Source: Azolla caroliniana (Eukaryota; Plantae; Polypodiophyta). Taken from it: a stretch of 64,000 nt of DNA. The stretch is taken from NCBI GenBank assembly GCA_043228905.1, contig JBHGNT010000009.1:19778001-19842000 (forward strand), in the 5' to 3' direction. Of this stretch, positions 25,413 to 38,600 are shown piece by piece. Each line of letters starts with the position of its first letter. The stretch's first letter is position 1. Below the pieces are notes generated by a model. It had not been told where the DNA came from, ran no database searches, and saw only the letters and a program-made list of their open reading frames with translations. The position numbers were made by a program, and so were the translations under genes.

Positions 25413-28400
25413 GTAAAACTTACAATGTAAGAAACTACTTAGTGGTACATTTAACAACAATGACCATCACAAATCCGAAGCCAAAGTAAATGTGTATAAT
25501 CTCAAAATCTTTTTAATACTTGCAATTACAAAGCGATGTGACTCCTTTTGAAACTAAAATAAAATGTGGTCATTTCAATAATCCCATATTATTCTTATTC
25601 ATCTTGTTTCCATTCTAGACACCACTTTGAACTTCTAAGTTTAAAGGAGTGTAACCAACAAATGCTACAAATAAAGAAAAGAGAATCAATTCTCAAGGTC
25701 CAAATGTATGAAGGAAAGTCTCATATTTGAACTACTTTGACCTTCTAAAGTTAGCAAAGGAAGTGTAGCCAACAAATGGCACAAATAAAGAAAGGAGAAC
25801 CATTGAGGTAGTCATGTCTCACAAAGAGAGGGTAGAACCTTGCATTGTTTATTTGAATATAGATTCATCATAAAAAATATTAGGGTGAGGTGGGCAATAT
25901 AATTGTGTTGTGTCATGCAAAGAAGAGGGATTATGTAATGACTCATCTAATATCTTGTATGGCATTGCAGAGGTATGTATAGGGATGATATTAACAAGAT
26001 CAAGAAGAAAATATGTAGCCACATGGAACTAGGCACAATAAACAAGTCTCAAGTTCAATGTAAGTGATGTAGAGAGCCAAACTAAAATGTGGAAAGAGAG
26101 AGTTAGAATAATGGTTTATTGATTTTGAATCTAACCAATGGACTAATATGAGTATATTATGTGGACAATGAAGACTACTACTTTTCCTAGTGCTATGCCA
26201 AAATTTGAGAAGTATGTCGATATATCACTATGATCATCAATGTTTCTATGCTTCCTCTTTTGTTACATAAAGCTAAACAAAAATAACGTTCATTTATACC
26301 TTCCATGTGAGATTTTTCATAATTTAAGTATCAGACATAATTTATATTCTAATCGAAAAACTCATTTTTTGATCAATTTGAAAAGAGCCTAATGTTTGCA
26401 TGCAGATTATATAAATATCCGCTCGAAACGAATGAGGAAAGTCTCATATTTGAACATTGTGGGGGAGTGGTGGAAAGTTTGATCCTAATATCACAAAAAC
26501 ATGACACAAATCATGCTATATTGAAAGTGAAATTGATTACCTGTTCGGGTCACACCTACAGTTATGTGTTCATGCGATATAGTAAAGTCATGATAGTGTT
26601 AAGCACATTGATGCATATATATATCCATTCACATTTACCTTATTTGTTGGCCTAGTAGATGGTCATTAGTGCGAATATGAATTTTGCATCATTTCATGCT
26701 TACCATGTTTCTCACGACACCAAAGGGCTTGACCATGTGTTGCCCTCATTAAATTGAATCACTTGCTTTTTCAAATAGAACTCCATGGGAACGAACTCAA
26801 CTCAAATTACCTTTCATATTATTTGCTCCATGTAACTTTGAGCCCACTTATTTCCTCAAATCTAGACAAAAATATCGTGTCACAAGGATGTATGAATGCT
26901 TGGCCCTAAATTTGATCATTCAATTGATATCCTTCATTAAAAATTCGGGCATAAGTTCATCAATGCTCTTCCTCATTGTTTTGTGTATAATCTTTAAGTG
27001 GCTATTGCTCTCTATATAATATTAATGTGATTTGATATTTATTATTAAATGTTGCTCATTCATGTGATTTGCATCATACTAAAAGATTAGCATGGGTCAT
27101 GGCATGTGTTCATACTTTTGGTGAGCGTAAGTCATTCTTAATATGATATATGATTTATATAAATACCGTGTTGACATGTTGCCTTCACATTTGTGACTAA
27201 ATATTTATTTTTACCATGAACAAGAATGTCATATTAAAAAATGAACGTGCTTGCACACTTTTTAACGAGGGAAAAATAGGCCTTTATTCATCTAAACTTA
27301 TTGATTAGGTAAGAACGAAAAATGTGTTGAGGTAGGGATTGAGAATCCTCAACAACAAACATCTCTGGCCAAGCCACCTTGGCCTATTTGTGGGTTCTTT
27401 CCATATTGTGCATTATCTCCTCAAGTCTAGTGTACAACTTGAATTAAAAACCTATCTTCATTGCGTGCTAGGTATTGTCAACTAATTTAAAGGAATTAAA
27501 AGTATTATTGCAAGGAATTAAGTGTGGACAACTCACCTAATTCAATGACTTAAAAGTGTTCTCACTATGTGTTAATTGCGGACAACTATCTTCACGTGAA
27601 GCTTGCAAAGTAATGAAAAATCGTAAATGCAAATATTGAATGCCCTTGGGACATCGAACCTTGGCCCTCATTTAGTTTAGAAACTTCAATTCCAAGGTTG
27701 TATCATAATCTTAAAAACAAATGCATATATACTTACCATAGTACTCAAACTCTTCTTTTTTACAAACCCATCACTACGTTTTTATTTATTTCATGCCAAC
27801 TTATAAAATGTGAGTAAAGATGGGGTACTATGGAGTAAATCGGAATAGTGGACTACAAGGTTACCGCCACATCCTTTTACGAATAAAGCAACGAAGTCCA
27901 TCATTCAAAGGATTTCGGCTAATTAACCTCAACCTAGTTAATGTGAGTTAGACTTGAACAAGATCTCAAAAGTGTTGGAAACTAGGGGGAAGACTTTAGC
28001 ATGATTTAGCCACAATCAATGAGAACACACTAGCATTCTTGTATTGCTAATCATCTATAGAGGGATGGAGCATGCTAAGTTACTCTAAACATGGTTATCA
28101 ATTTAAGGAGATTGTACCATATCTAGCATCACTACTATGATCAATTTAAGGAGATTAGTGTAAATGTTGTAACTCACCTACCAAATTGTTCCAACAATAT
28201 GCATAGGAGACATAATCTAGGAGACATAGTGAAGTTTTAAAACCAAACAATTCTCACAACCAGTGTATGAGAATTCCCAACGATTTTTGTTGCATCATTT
28301 TTTGCGATTTTAGTTTTGTCACACCACACTCATTTACATGCAAGAAGCGCATATATATGTTGGAGAATAATTTTATTTCATTGCTTTCATTACAGCTTTG

Positions 28401-29619
28401 ATAGATTGGGTTTCAATCACAGCTGATATTTATGAGTTTTAGGATAGGTATAAAAAATGAGCCATATACGAGGATTATCCAAACTCCACATTCATAGATG
28501 TAATAATGTGTATGGGCCATATTCATTCATTACAGGATAGATACAATGGCCAATTGACTGCAATAATCACATTTACAAGGGTTTCTGTAGCCTCTTACAG
28601 TGCTTCAATTGCACCATTCCAATAATTTGACTGTTCCAAATTGGATCACATTTGTGTTTCCATTGTTCTTGTGCTAATGGCTTTCTCCAAGGAATCATGT
28701 ATGAGAATCGAGAGTGAGAAGTTGACCTACAAATTAATTTAATTCTGCTCGTTGCTCTATAAAAAAACTCCAAATATAGTACAAGGCACACAAAATTCGG
28801 TGACAGGAAGCAGTCCTGACATTTTCCTTCGTTCTTCGAACATTTACCGTAAGTAATTTTACTTTTGTGTCATGTATCACGAGGTATCAAACAGGCCCAT
28901 ATTGTATGGACCTAACGAGACGGTGAAGATGGAAGGAATCGAGCACCATATCTAGCATCACTACTAAGATCACATCAATCCAAAGTCAAAAGTGAATAAA
29001 GAATCTTAAACTATCAGTAAAGAGTAGCTGGAATATTATCACAAATTTTCATTCGAAGGGTATCGTAAGTCATTCATTACAATGGGATTAATCTAAAAGA
29101 CTTTACTTTATAACGCCTTCTCTGACATACTACATCAAAAGACCTTGATAATAATATGCAATTAGAGTTCTCCAAATACTAACATATATTAGTAATATAG
29201 CGCTCACCCCAAGAGGAATGATCACTCCTGGCTCCCACGAGATACCTCACAACCTTTTGCACACTTTCATATTGCATTAGCAATCAACAGGCATGACATG
29301 ATCTAAATGAGCATCATATAAGCGTAGTGATACATTCTCCTTACGGTTTTAGTTATCCGCGAATCTTAGCAGAAGAAGCATAAGTTTCTCAACTCTGTCT
29401 ATGCTTCTTGATTGTTAAACATCAGCTTACCTTTCATCAGATGACAGCATCATCTGGTACATTAGTAGATAACTCATCTACTATGAGAAAAAACATAATG
29501 TAAATTACAACACGAACAAGGCTTAGGAGAGCCCATGCAATGATAGGAACTTTTACTCACCCCCCAAGGAAGAAATATCACCAGTTTACAACCATGCATT
29601 GATTATCTTTTTGCATCAA

Positions 29620-32600
29620 TCATGCTTTCATGCTCCACCAGTTCTTCCTCAATTTCTGGGAAACTTCCGGATTAGGATTCCCCAGCTTCTGGAGTATGAT
29701 CTTTGTTTCCCGCAATCTGGCCTTAAAATCTTTCTTCCAAGTGTCGAATCTTTGTTTCAGCTTCCTGAGTTCCTCATCAGGGTTTAGAGTAGCATCATTC
29801 TGACCAGATTTAACCTCAATTACAAAGCTTGAATCATCATGGAAAACTTGTTGACGGTGCTCAAACTCTTTCACCAAATGACTCACAACCAATCGGCCTG
29901 CATTGAGGTCTGGTTTTACAATCGAGAAATCCGAATATTGGCTCGGTTGCTTTTGTGGAGTCAAATTTCGGTCGGGTGTTTTAGTTCCCACTGAGCTGTT
30001 ATCATCCCAATCCAAGTCATCATCTTCTGAAGGAACACGAATATGCCGAGGAGCACGCTTTGCTCCAGTTTTGCTCTTTTTTAATCCAAATGTCTCGTCA
30101 GATTTGAGAGCAACATTCAATACATCTTCAGATGCAAGGCTTTTCTTTGCAGCAGCTAGGCTGAGTTGAAGGGATGACATCTGCTTTTGCCACATTTCTT
30201 CCATCGAAGACATTTTGGACTCGTACTCTGTCCACCTTGCCTCATAATGGTTCAGCCTTTGCCGCAACATTGCATTATCTTCTTCCTTTTCTCGTAGAGC
30301 TGATTCGGCCAGCAAGACACGGCTTTGTAACTTTGCTAAAAATGAAGCTGAAACCCTAACTGTTGGTTTGTCACCATCCAGCTCTATATTTGGTGCCTAT
30401 ATAGCAGATAAATTGTCTCAATAATGCACCTCTACAGTCTACAGTTACAAAAAAAATTACAACAATTGTAGATATATACCTCAGCTGTTCTTCCAACAAG
30501 TTCTTTCATAACACTCTCCACTTCAAGAGTGCTAATGTTCTGAGAGGCATCCTTCATTGTCAAAAATCCTCTCTCTTGTTGAGCCTTTCGTCTTTCTTCT
30601 TTTAACTGCGTCAACTCCAGAGCCTTCTGCCTCAGTTCCAGAGCTTTATGCCTTCCATCTTCTAAGCGCTTCAATTCCAGAGCTTTCTGTGTTTCTTCCT
30701 TGAGCTTTTTGCGCAAAGCCAACAACTTCCTCCTAGCCAGCCAACCTCTAGCAACTGCATTTGCATAAACAATAAAACTGTTGAGCAATACGTCAGGGGT
30801 TCCACACCTCCCACCTTTGGGTGCCAACAGACCCCAAGTGAGAGAAATTGCATTGACCAACACTGCAGTACAATGCAATAAGTTCGTTGTTCTACAACTC
30901 TTTTTTTCAACACATTATTTACTGATAGCATTGCTTTACCTGATTGAATCAGCACAATCTCCTTCTTAGTTTTGAGGAATCTTTTTCTTTTGGCTCTGCC
31001 TCGTACATATTTCTGAATTCGAACAGCTGCACGGTGTTTCTTAAGCATCTCTTCAAAAAGTCTTTGGATTTTCCTGGACCTAACCACTACATAATCACAC
31101 AAATCACAATAAGTTGGTGGCTTCCACTACCATTTTATTTCATGGTGAAACATAAGATATGAAATTCTAAAAGTAAACGCTTACAGGACTGTAAGAAAAG
31201 AGCTGTTTTCCTTAGTTTCTTAAAATGAATTCTGGCCCTGTAACCTCTGTATATCTTCTGGAAGGAGACAATTGCATGAAGTGTTTGCAATCTATAGTCT
31301 TCCAATCTTCCAACCTGCAATACCCATCTTCTGTTAACATTTTTACTGGCCATAAACAAAAATATGATGTGTTCAAATACATCTGAGGTTTCATATCCAC
31401 CTGTCCTGCTCGAAAAAACAATTTGGTGTACCCCACTTGATACATATCAGGAGGAACCTTGAATTGATGTAGGATCGCAACACATGTACTGAGTACATCC
31501 TGTTCAGCCGAAAAATTGAGTGGAAGAAGGAAACCATACCTGGAATAAATCATTGCACAAGGAAGAATGAGTTCCTTGATATAATATATCAATTAACGCC
31601 AAACATGAACAATACAATGATTACTTCCAACTAAAAACCACAGAATCATCAACCTGGTAGCAAAACGCTGATGAGAAACTCGTGTTGGATAGCCACATCT
31701 GGAAATTCTTACAACCTCAAGAACACCACAGCATCTTAATTGCTGCAAAACTAAGTCATCCTGATAAACAATTGGCTTTTGCGAAGTATTTGGTTTGATG
31801 CAACGAACGAAATGTGGTTCAGTGTTTTCCAGGCGCTGCATTAATCTATGGAGTTGTCCCTAAAGAACATGAAGAAATACTATTTTAAAATCTTACAAAC
31901 TATGAATGATGGAGAGATTATGAAAAGATTCATGAAAAACTATATTGAAACATGTTGGCAAATGTCCACTATATAATGACCTACAATGAGACACCTTAGC
32001 CACCTAACAACAAATTGTTATTCATCAGACTTGCACCAAAAGCACCTTTAACAAACAAAACACATATCCGGCACACAGAGACATCAGAGAGAAAGGAATC
32101 CACATTGACCTTGAATTTTGTTGCCACACTTTGTTTATGAGTGTCTACTCCATTTCTTCGCAAAGGAGTGATTGGCTTTTGAAGAGCTTGCTCAATATTA
32201 CTAGCAAAAAGTTGTGGCAGCTGTGCCTCACATGAAGACAGTAACTGCAATAAGTCTGAATGCAAGAGATCTCTGTTTTTCTCAAGAAAACCTTGAGTAT
32301 CGTAGATAACCTGTTTCATCCAGTATCATCATTAGCACCCACAAACACCACAAATTACTGAGCCAAATACTTGAAAGTTGATAACACCTCTCCTGCGTAA
32401 TGATTAACACGGAACCCTCTGCTCCTTTCCCCCTTAAAACAGCTATTAAGGGCCAAGTGCTCCTTAAGCTTTTCTGCCAATGTATAATCTGTGCCTTTTG
32501 GGAATGTACATTCTTCATCGAGTAAGGATATCATACCTAGAGGTCTCTGCAAAATGGACAAAGAAAAAAAATAGTATAGTCCAATAAATAACAAAGTTTT

Positions 32601-35600
32601 TGTGTATGACTTTACTCTGGTGCCTATATCGTGCAAGGATCTTACCTTCTCAATGAGCTCAAGGCAATCCTGGTTATCTTCAAATTCAACACGGGTCCAG
32701 TCTATACCTTCAGAAACATATTCCTGTTCGAGGATGGACTCGGTCAATCCCAAGCAAAAAAAAATCAGATATCATGACATCATTCTAATTTTGAAATTAG
32801 ATACTTCTTGTTCCAGTTTGAATAAGTGTCTGTTGAAGTACTGTTGCAGTCTCTCATTGGCATAGTTTATACATAGCTGTTCGAAACTGTTTTTCTGGTA
32901 AGACAAGAGGAATACAATATTTATTTTGCAATTAGTATTCCTCTTTCATCACTTTTGACATATTTAAGTCATAAATATAATCTTCCTTAAAGTTGAATCT
33001 CTGTTTTTACCACGAAAGATTCAAATCCATATATGTCCAAAATAATGATAGATTTGCCGGTGTGATTTTTCCCGACTTCAAGCGACTTATTTATACGATC
33101 AACCAGCCAGTCAAATAGACCAGCATAGATAGCTTTAGCCAATGCATCCCTTGAATCAGCTGCCTGGGTCAAGTAAGTAAAGAAGTTTATTAAACACTGA
33201 TTGCAGAATGAACACCACAACAATAACATATCCCATCATCAACCTGAGAAGAAGTTAACTTCTGCACAATCTTCTCATTTCCTGCACGAATTTTTCGAGT
33301 GCACAGGCAATCCATAAGATTTTCTTTCCTGCATTTTAACAACTTTGCTGCAGTCCTAACCGCTGTCCATACCAGAAAAGTATGATTAATAGTGAATAGA
33401 ACCATTGAAACAGGTGCTATTCAACATTCTTAACAAACAATACAGTCATAGAAGCAAAAAATATGTAGGCCTATGTCAGAAACTAGCCACATAATTTCGC
33501 ACAAATTTGGTTGAAGTCTAAGCAAACGTAGTCATCTAGCAAAACAATTACGATATCTACCAGTAAAATCAAAGAAAATAAGCGAAATGAAAGATAAACT
33601 AAAAGACAGCCTAGAATCTATTTGTTGATGAATACGTAGGTATTAAGAGATATCTTTCTATAACAGGTAAGAGACGAGTCCAAAGGAAGGAAAACATTAT
33701 TCAAATGTTAGATAGGAGTTTAGAAAGAAGTTGACAAGCAGGCATTCCATGTATGTCTGATGAACTGATAAAATGTTGTGTGATACCAAAACTTCCTTTA
33801 ATCTCTTCATGATCTTCCAAGTTACTGTAGTTAGACTAACCAGAAAGATCTTGGGAGTTACAAAATACCTTGTTAATTGCAATTCATGCACTGACATTGG
33901 ACAGGAGACAGGAATCAGATGTACAACAATGAAAGGATATGGTATACTAGCAAAGTGGGGTCTAGAATCAGTAAAATGGTCAAAGTTATCCGTTTGGGTT
34001 CTCAATTAATCTGAGAAAGACAGGTTTCTCTGTTTGGGTCCTCCATCTCATATTGTCCAATTGATATGATTTTGCTCTTGATGACAGAAACTAACTGAAG
34101 GATGCCAAAAGAGTAGTTATCATTGAATAATTTGTCAACAATGGACATTCGCCAATAAATCAAACCTGCCATTAATTCCTGACAGATTTACATCAAACAT
34201 TCCTTAAAAAGGAGGATGAAAGTATTAGAGAAAATCCAATAAAAGGATAGCTGCATCCTGCCACTAATCCACAGAACAGGAAAAGATTGGATCCTGTCTA
34301 TTTTCGTTTTCATCAAATACAGATTATATTTTGCAATTTCTTTTATAAATCTGTTGACTCACCCTCATCATCATTTACAGATACATGATTTTCATTGTCA
34401 ATGACTGAAAATGTTATGTTCCCAAGCCATAGAACTGCAGAAAGCATCGCAAAAGCATTTTCTTGATCATCTTTGCTTATCTGCATGACATCCATCGCAT
34501 CCTAAACACAAGCTAGAGGGTTTTAGTTATTTCCACAGGAAAGATAAGTAGATAGCATATAAAATTGGCCAATTCAGTGTTATAATCCAGACATTCAAGA
34601 ATCTTACCAGCATTCCACGGAACCTAGCAGCATCATCAACATTGCCTATTTCCAAACAATCACTTTGATTCAAATACCGATAATCTTTAGCAGGCCTCAG
34701 ATTTATGCGCACTACAAAATCAAAAGACATTAATCTGAGTAAACAACTTCATACATAACTTACAACTCAAGTGCACAATTTCAGATCATAATTCTAATGA
34801 AATTTAAAAGGGGCAGAAAACCGTTACCCCTTAAAGCATCATGTGCACCCGCACATAGCTGGTAAAAAATATGGTATGATCGTTCACCCTTTGCTTGTTG
34901 CACAACTCTTGACTGATTTGAGCAAAAAAAGATATGGTCAGCTTTTACTTGATTAAAATGACATGTCCAATCCATTGCCAAAAAGATGTGCACTACCTTC
35001 TCAAGGAGATCTTTGATGGGATTGCCAAACATTGTAGAATATAACACGTACACCAAGAAAAACAAAAGTATTTTGAAAGCAGATTTGATAAGTCTTTGAA
35101 TGATGTGAAAAAAACATTAAAGTAAAATAGCAGAAGCCAGAAAAGCTTCTTACATGTTTGGATTTTTGCTCCAGAAATTTTTCCTGAATCAAAATATATT
35201 TCAATAAGTTTACCCTGCAGAATTGAACATTATTTTGTTTCAGGTTCCAAAATCCAAAATGCCGTCAATAAATATAGCATAATATATAATGACAATCACT
35301 CCAAAATGCCCTAACTCCACATAACTGCTTTATTTGCGTAAAAATAGGTACAATACAGGAAAAAAAACAAAAAGACGCCATTCTCTTTGTGCTGTAAGCC
35401 TACTTGGAAGTGTTCTTTAAATTTATAAGAAGATCAAGGAATCAAATAATGAAACCTAAACACACTTACAAATCTGCTAGAGTTATCATTTCTCAATGTT
35501 TTTGCATTCCCAAAAGCCTCCAATATAGGATTGGTCTGTAGAATCTCGTTTTCTACACCATCCCCTCCACCAACTGCTGTCAAGTATTGCATAGCAATTT

Positions 35601-38600
35601 TGGCTGTTTCTGTCTTTCCTGCACCACTCTCACCACTAAAAAGGAGGTTTTTAAGAAAGAATAATCCAAAGAAACCGAAATAGATCATACAATAGTAAGA
35701 TGGGAAATACTCAAAACATCAGGATAACAGTGTTGTAGGCCATGAATGAACGGAGAAGAAAGAACGCTTATCAGCTAACAATGCAGGTTTGGCTTGTATA
35801 GAAAGAAGGAATTATACACACCTGATGATAATTGACTGATTAACTCCATCTGTTCAGGAGTTGCAAATAAGGAAACTGTGTTAGGGATAATTCATGTCTT
35901 CTTTGCATTCACAATTGTCAATTCAAGAGCACATCAGCATATTTTTATACATGAACATTACACACCTCTCATCATTGCACGAAATGCGCTCTCTGCTGTC
36001 ATATATATATGTGGGGCAAGATCATCTTTACTCTTGTTTCTATATTGTTTAAGTAACTCCTCTGTATAAAGTGGAACCTTCTTGAATGGATTAATTGCGA
36101 TCAAGACAGGTCCAGCTCTTGTCTAGAAAGAAGGGTACTTAAAAGTCAGACACAATGTAAAGGTAAAAGCGTATAAAATTTGCCAAATTTCTTCATATCT
36201 TATTACATATATCTTCTCGTTAACATATCTGTAGCGAATGTTGTGAAGAACTGAAGGTTCATTCAGATAGCTAAGTTGTATGAGATCATCTACTCCTTCA
36301 AGTATAACAGGATTTGCTGGCAGCAGTTTAGAGGATGGTAACTTGATAATTCGAGGCTGAACTTGTGATTCGGACTGTACAGAAAGAAACCAATATCAGC
36401 CTGCATTCTCATATGAATCAGGCTAAGAGGTTTACAGTTGCAATACATACCTGAACTTCTGTCATGCTGACAATAGATTGTTCTTCATTTGTTGATTCGA
36501 CAACCCCAAGAATCCACTTATTTTCAGGGTTTAAACACCATACTCGAGAATTCTGCATCGAACGTTGAGTTTAAGAGTGAGTCAATTCACTCAGTTGCAA
36601 TAGATCTTTGAAACTTCCTAACTACCAAATATTACATCTAAAAGTTTCGCAACCCTATTACCTGTTAGAGATGTAGCGATATGCTACCAATAGAGATATT
36701 TATTCCAAGCTACTATGGAGTCTGCAAGTTCCAACTATATACTAATTCCAGCATATCATTGATGCTTCAAATATGATTGATATAAAATTGAAGCATCCTT
36801 AACGTTGAGAGCCTTAGCACAAACAAATTTGGCAAGAGGACCTCATTCACAAGGATTTCAGCGAATGCATGTGCACCCCTTCCTCACCGTTTGTGAAATT
36901 CTTAGCCAAGTTTTAGTCTCCGTTGTGCCATAAGTATGAAAGCCTCTGTTGAGAATGATTCAAAGTTATAACAGCTAGTTAGCTCCAACAGCTAGTTAGC
37001 CCAACGGCCAGATCTTGGCCTTTATAAAGAGAAACTTTCTCCTCATGTAAAAATAAGCGATCTCCGTGTTTCCTTTCTCCCATAGTGACATATATGTACA
37101 TTCTTGAGAATAAAGGTGTTTTTCTCATTTTTCTATATGGTATCAGAGCCTAGATCCGCCCATATGCAAACCCCTAGATCTTCCCCTCTGCCAAACCCTA
37201 GATCCGCCCTCTGCTGGTGTAACAGTGAACGGGACAGCACTGTCCTAGTATCCAAGAGATGAAAGGTATTGGTATTCCGCCAAAGGTATTGGTAACACAC
37301 ATACTCTTGCCTCTACGCCAGAATGCATAATTGATTCTGGTGCATCTAGGCATGTGACGGGTAATGCTAGCAAGTTCTCGTATGCTCACTTAGCAATACC
37401 AGAGAGCATTCAAACTACAGACGGTACAACACAACCTGTAGTTGGTATAGGTATAGTGAAATGTATTGACTCCGTGACATTGTCTAATGTGTTACATGCT
37501 CCTTCTTTCCCAATAAACCTACTATCCAAAAGTTCCATCATACTCCAACTAAAATGTGTTGTTTCTTTTGATATTCCCAAGGTGACATTCCAGGAGAAAG
37601 GGACAGGTCGGAGACTTGGGACATGCAACATGGCACATGGCACATGGCACATGGCACATGGCACATGGCACATGGCACATGGCACATGGCATAATGGACT
37701 ATGGTATTTGGATCGTGAAGGGCTGGATTCAGCATTAGCATCTATGGTAGAGGGAACAGATGTAAGGGGGTCTAAAATGAGTTGTGAGGACTTGTTGATG
37801 CTTTACCACCAACGTATGGGACATACCTCTTATGGGATGATTTCTATGAATGTCCCAAAGCAGCTGTGGGGACAGGCAGTGTTGACACCTGCTGCATTGA
37901 TCAATAGAATGCCCTCTAGAGTATTGGAGTGTAAGACTCCATGTGAGTTGTTGCAAGGGTATTATAAACAAGAGGTAACTTCACCCTTTGATGACTTAAT
38001 TGAGACTGTAAATATGAGGGAAGAAGATAATGGTGAGAGGTTGCTAAAAATAGGATTAATTCCTTTGCTGATCCCTACATTATCTGAGAAACAAGTGAGC
38101 GTAGGGGATGAGGTAGAAGAAGGAAAGAAGACGAGGAACCTATATGTTTTGGTAAAGGTGTATACACGGAAGAGGAGGCAAAAAGAAGGAAATATGAACA
38201 TGTCTTCGGTGCCACTTGTGCCATCAAGTTCCATGTCCCGACCTGCCTCGACTTCTGTAATTCCTATAGAACTCCCAAACCTAGAAATCACAGGTGATAT
38301 GATTTCCTCTCCTTCTCCTATAGAGGTTAGGAGGATCTCTCACAGTAATGCAGGAGTTCCTCCTGATCGTTATGGTTTCCCTCATGATGTTGCTCAATTT
38401 ATCTCTTATTCTAACATATCAGCTACACATAGAGCATTCATTGCATCATTAGCCTCTGTCACTTTACCCAAGTGTTGGCAGGTTGCTAAAGAAGATCCAA
38501 AGTGGAAAGCAGCCATGCAAGAAGAACTCGGAGCTCTTGAGAAGAACAAAACTTGGGAGATTGTGACACTACCACCAAGAAAAAAGGCGGTTGGGTGCAA

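Noticed and set aside
28097-28975. ~28-bp sequence (accatatctagcatcactacta.gatca) present at ~28116 and ~28945
   Set aside because: Too short; probably repair filler DNA, with no element structure.
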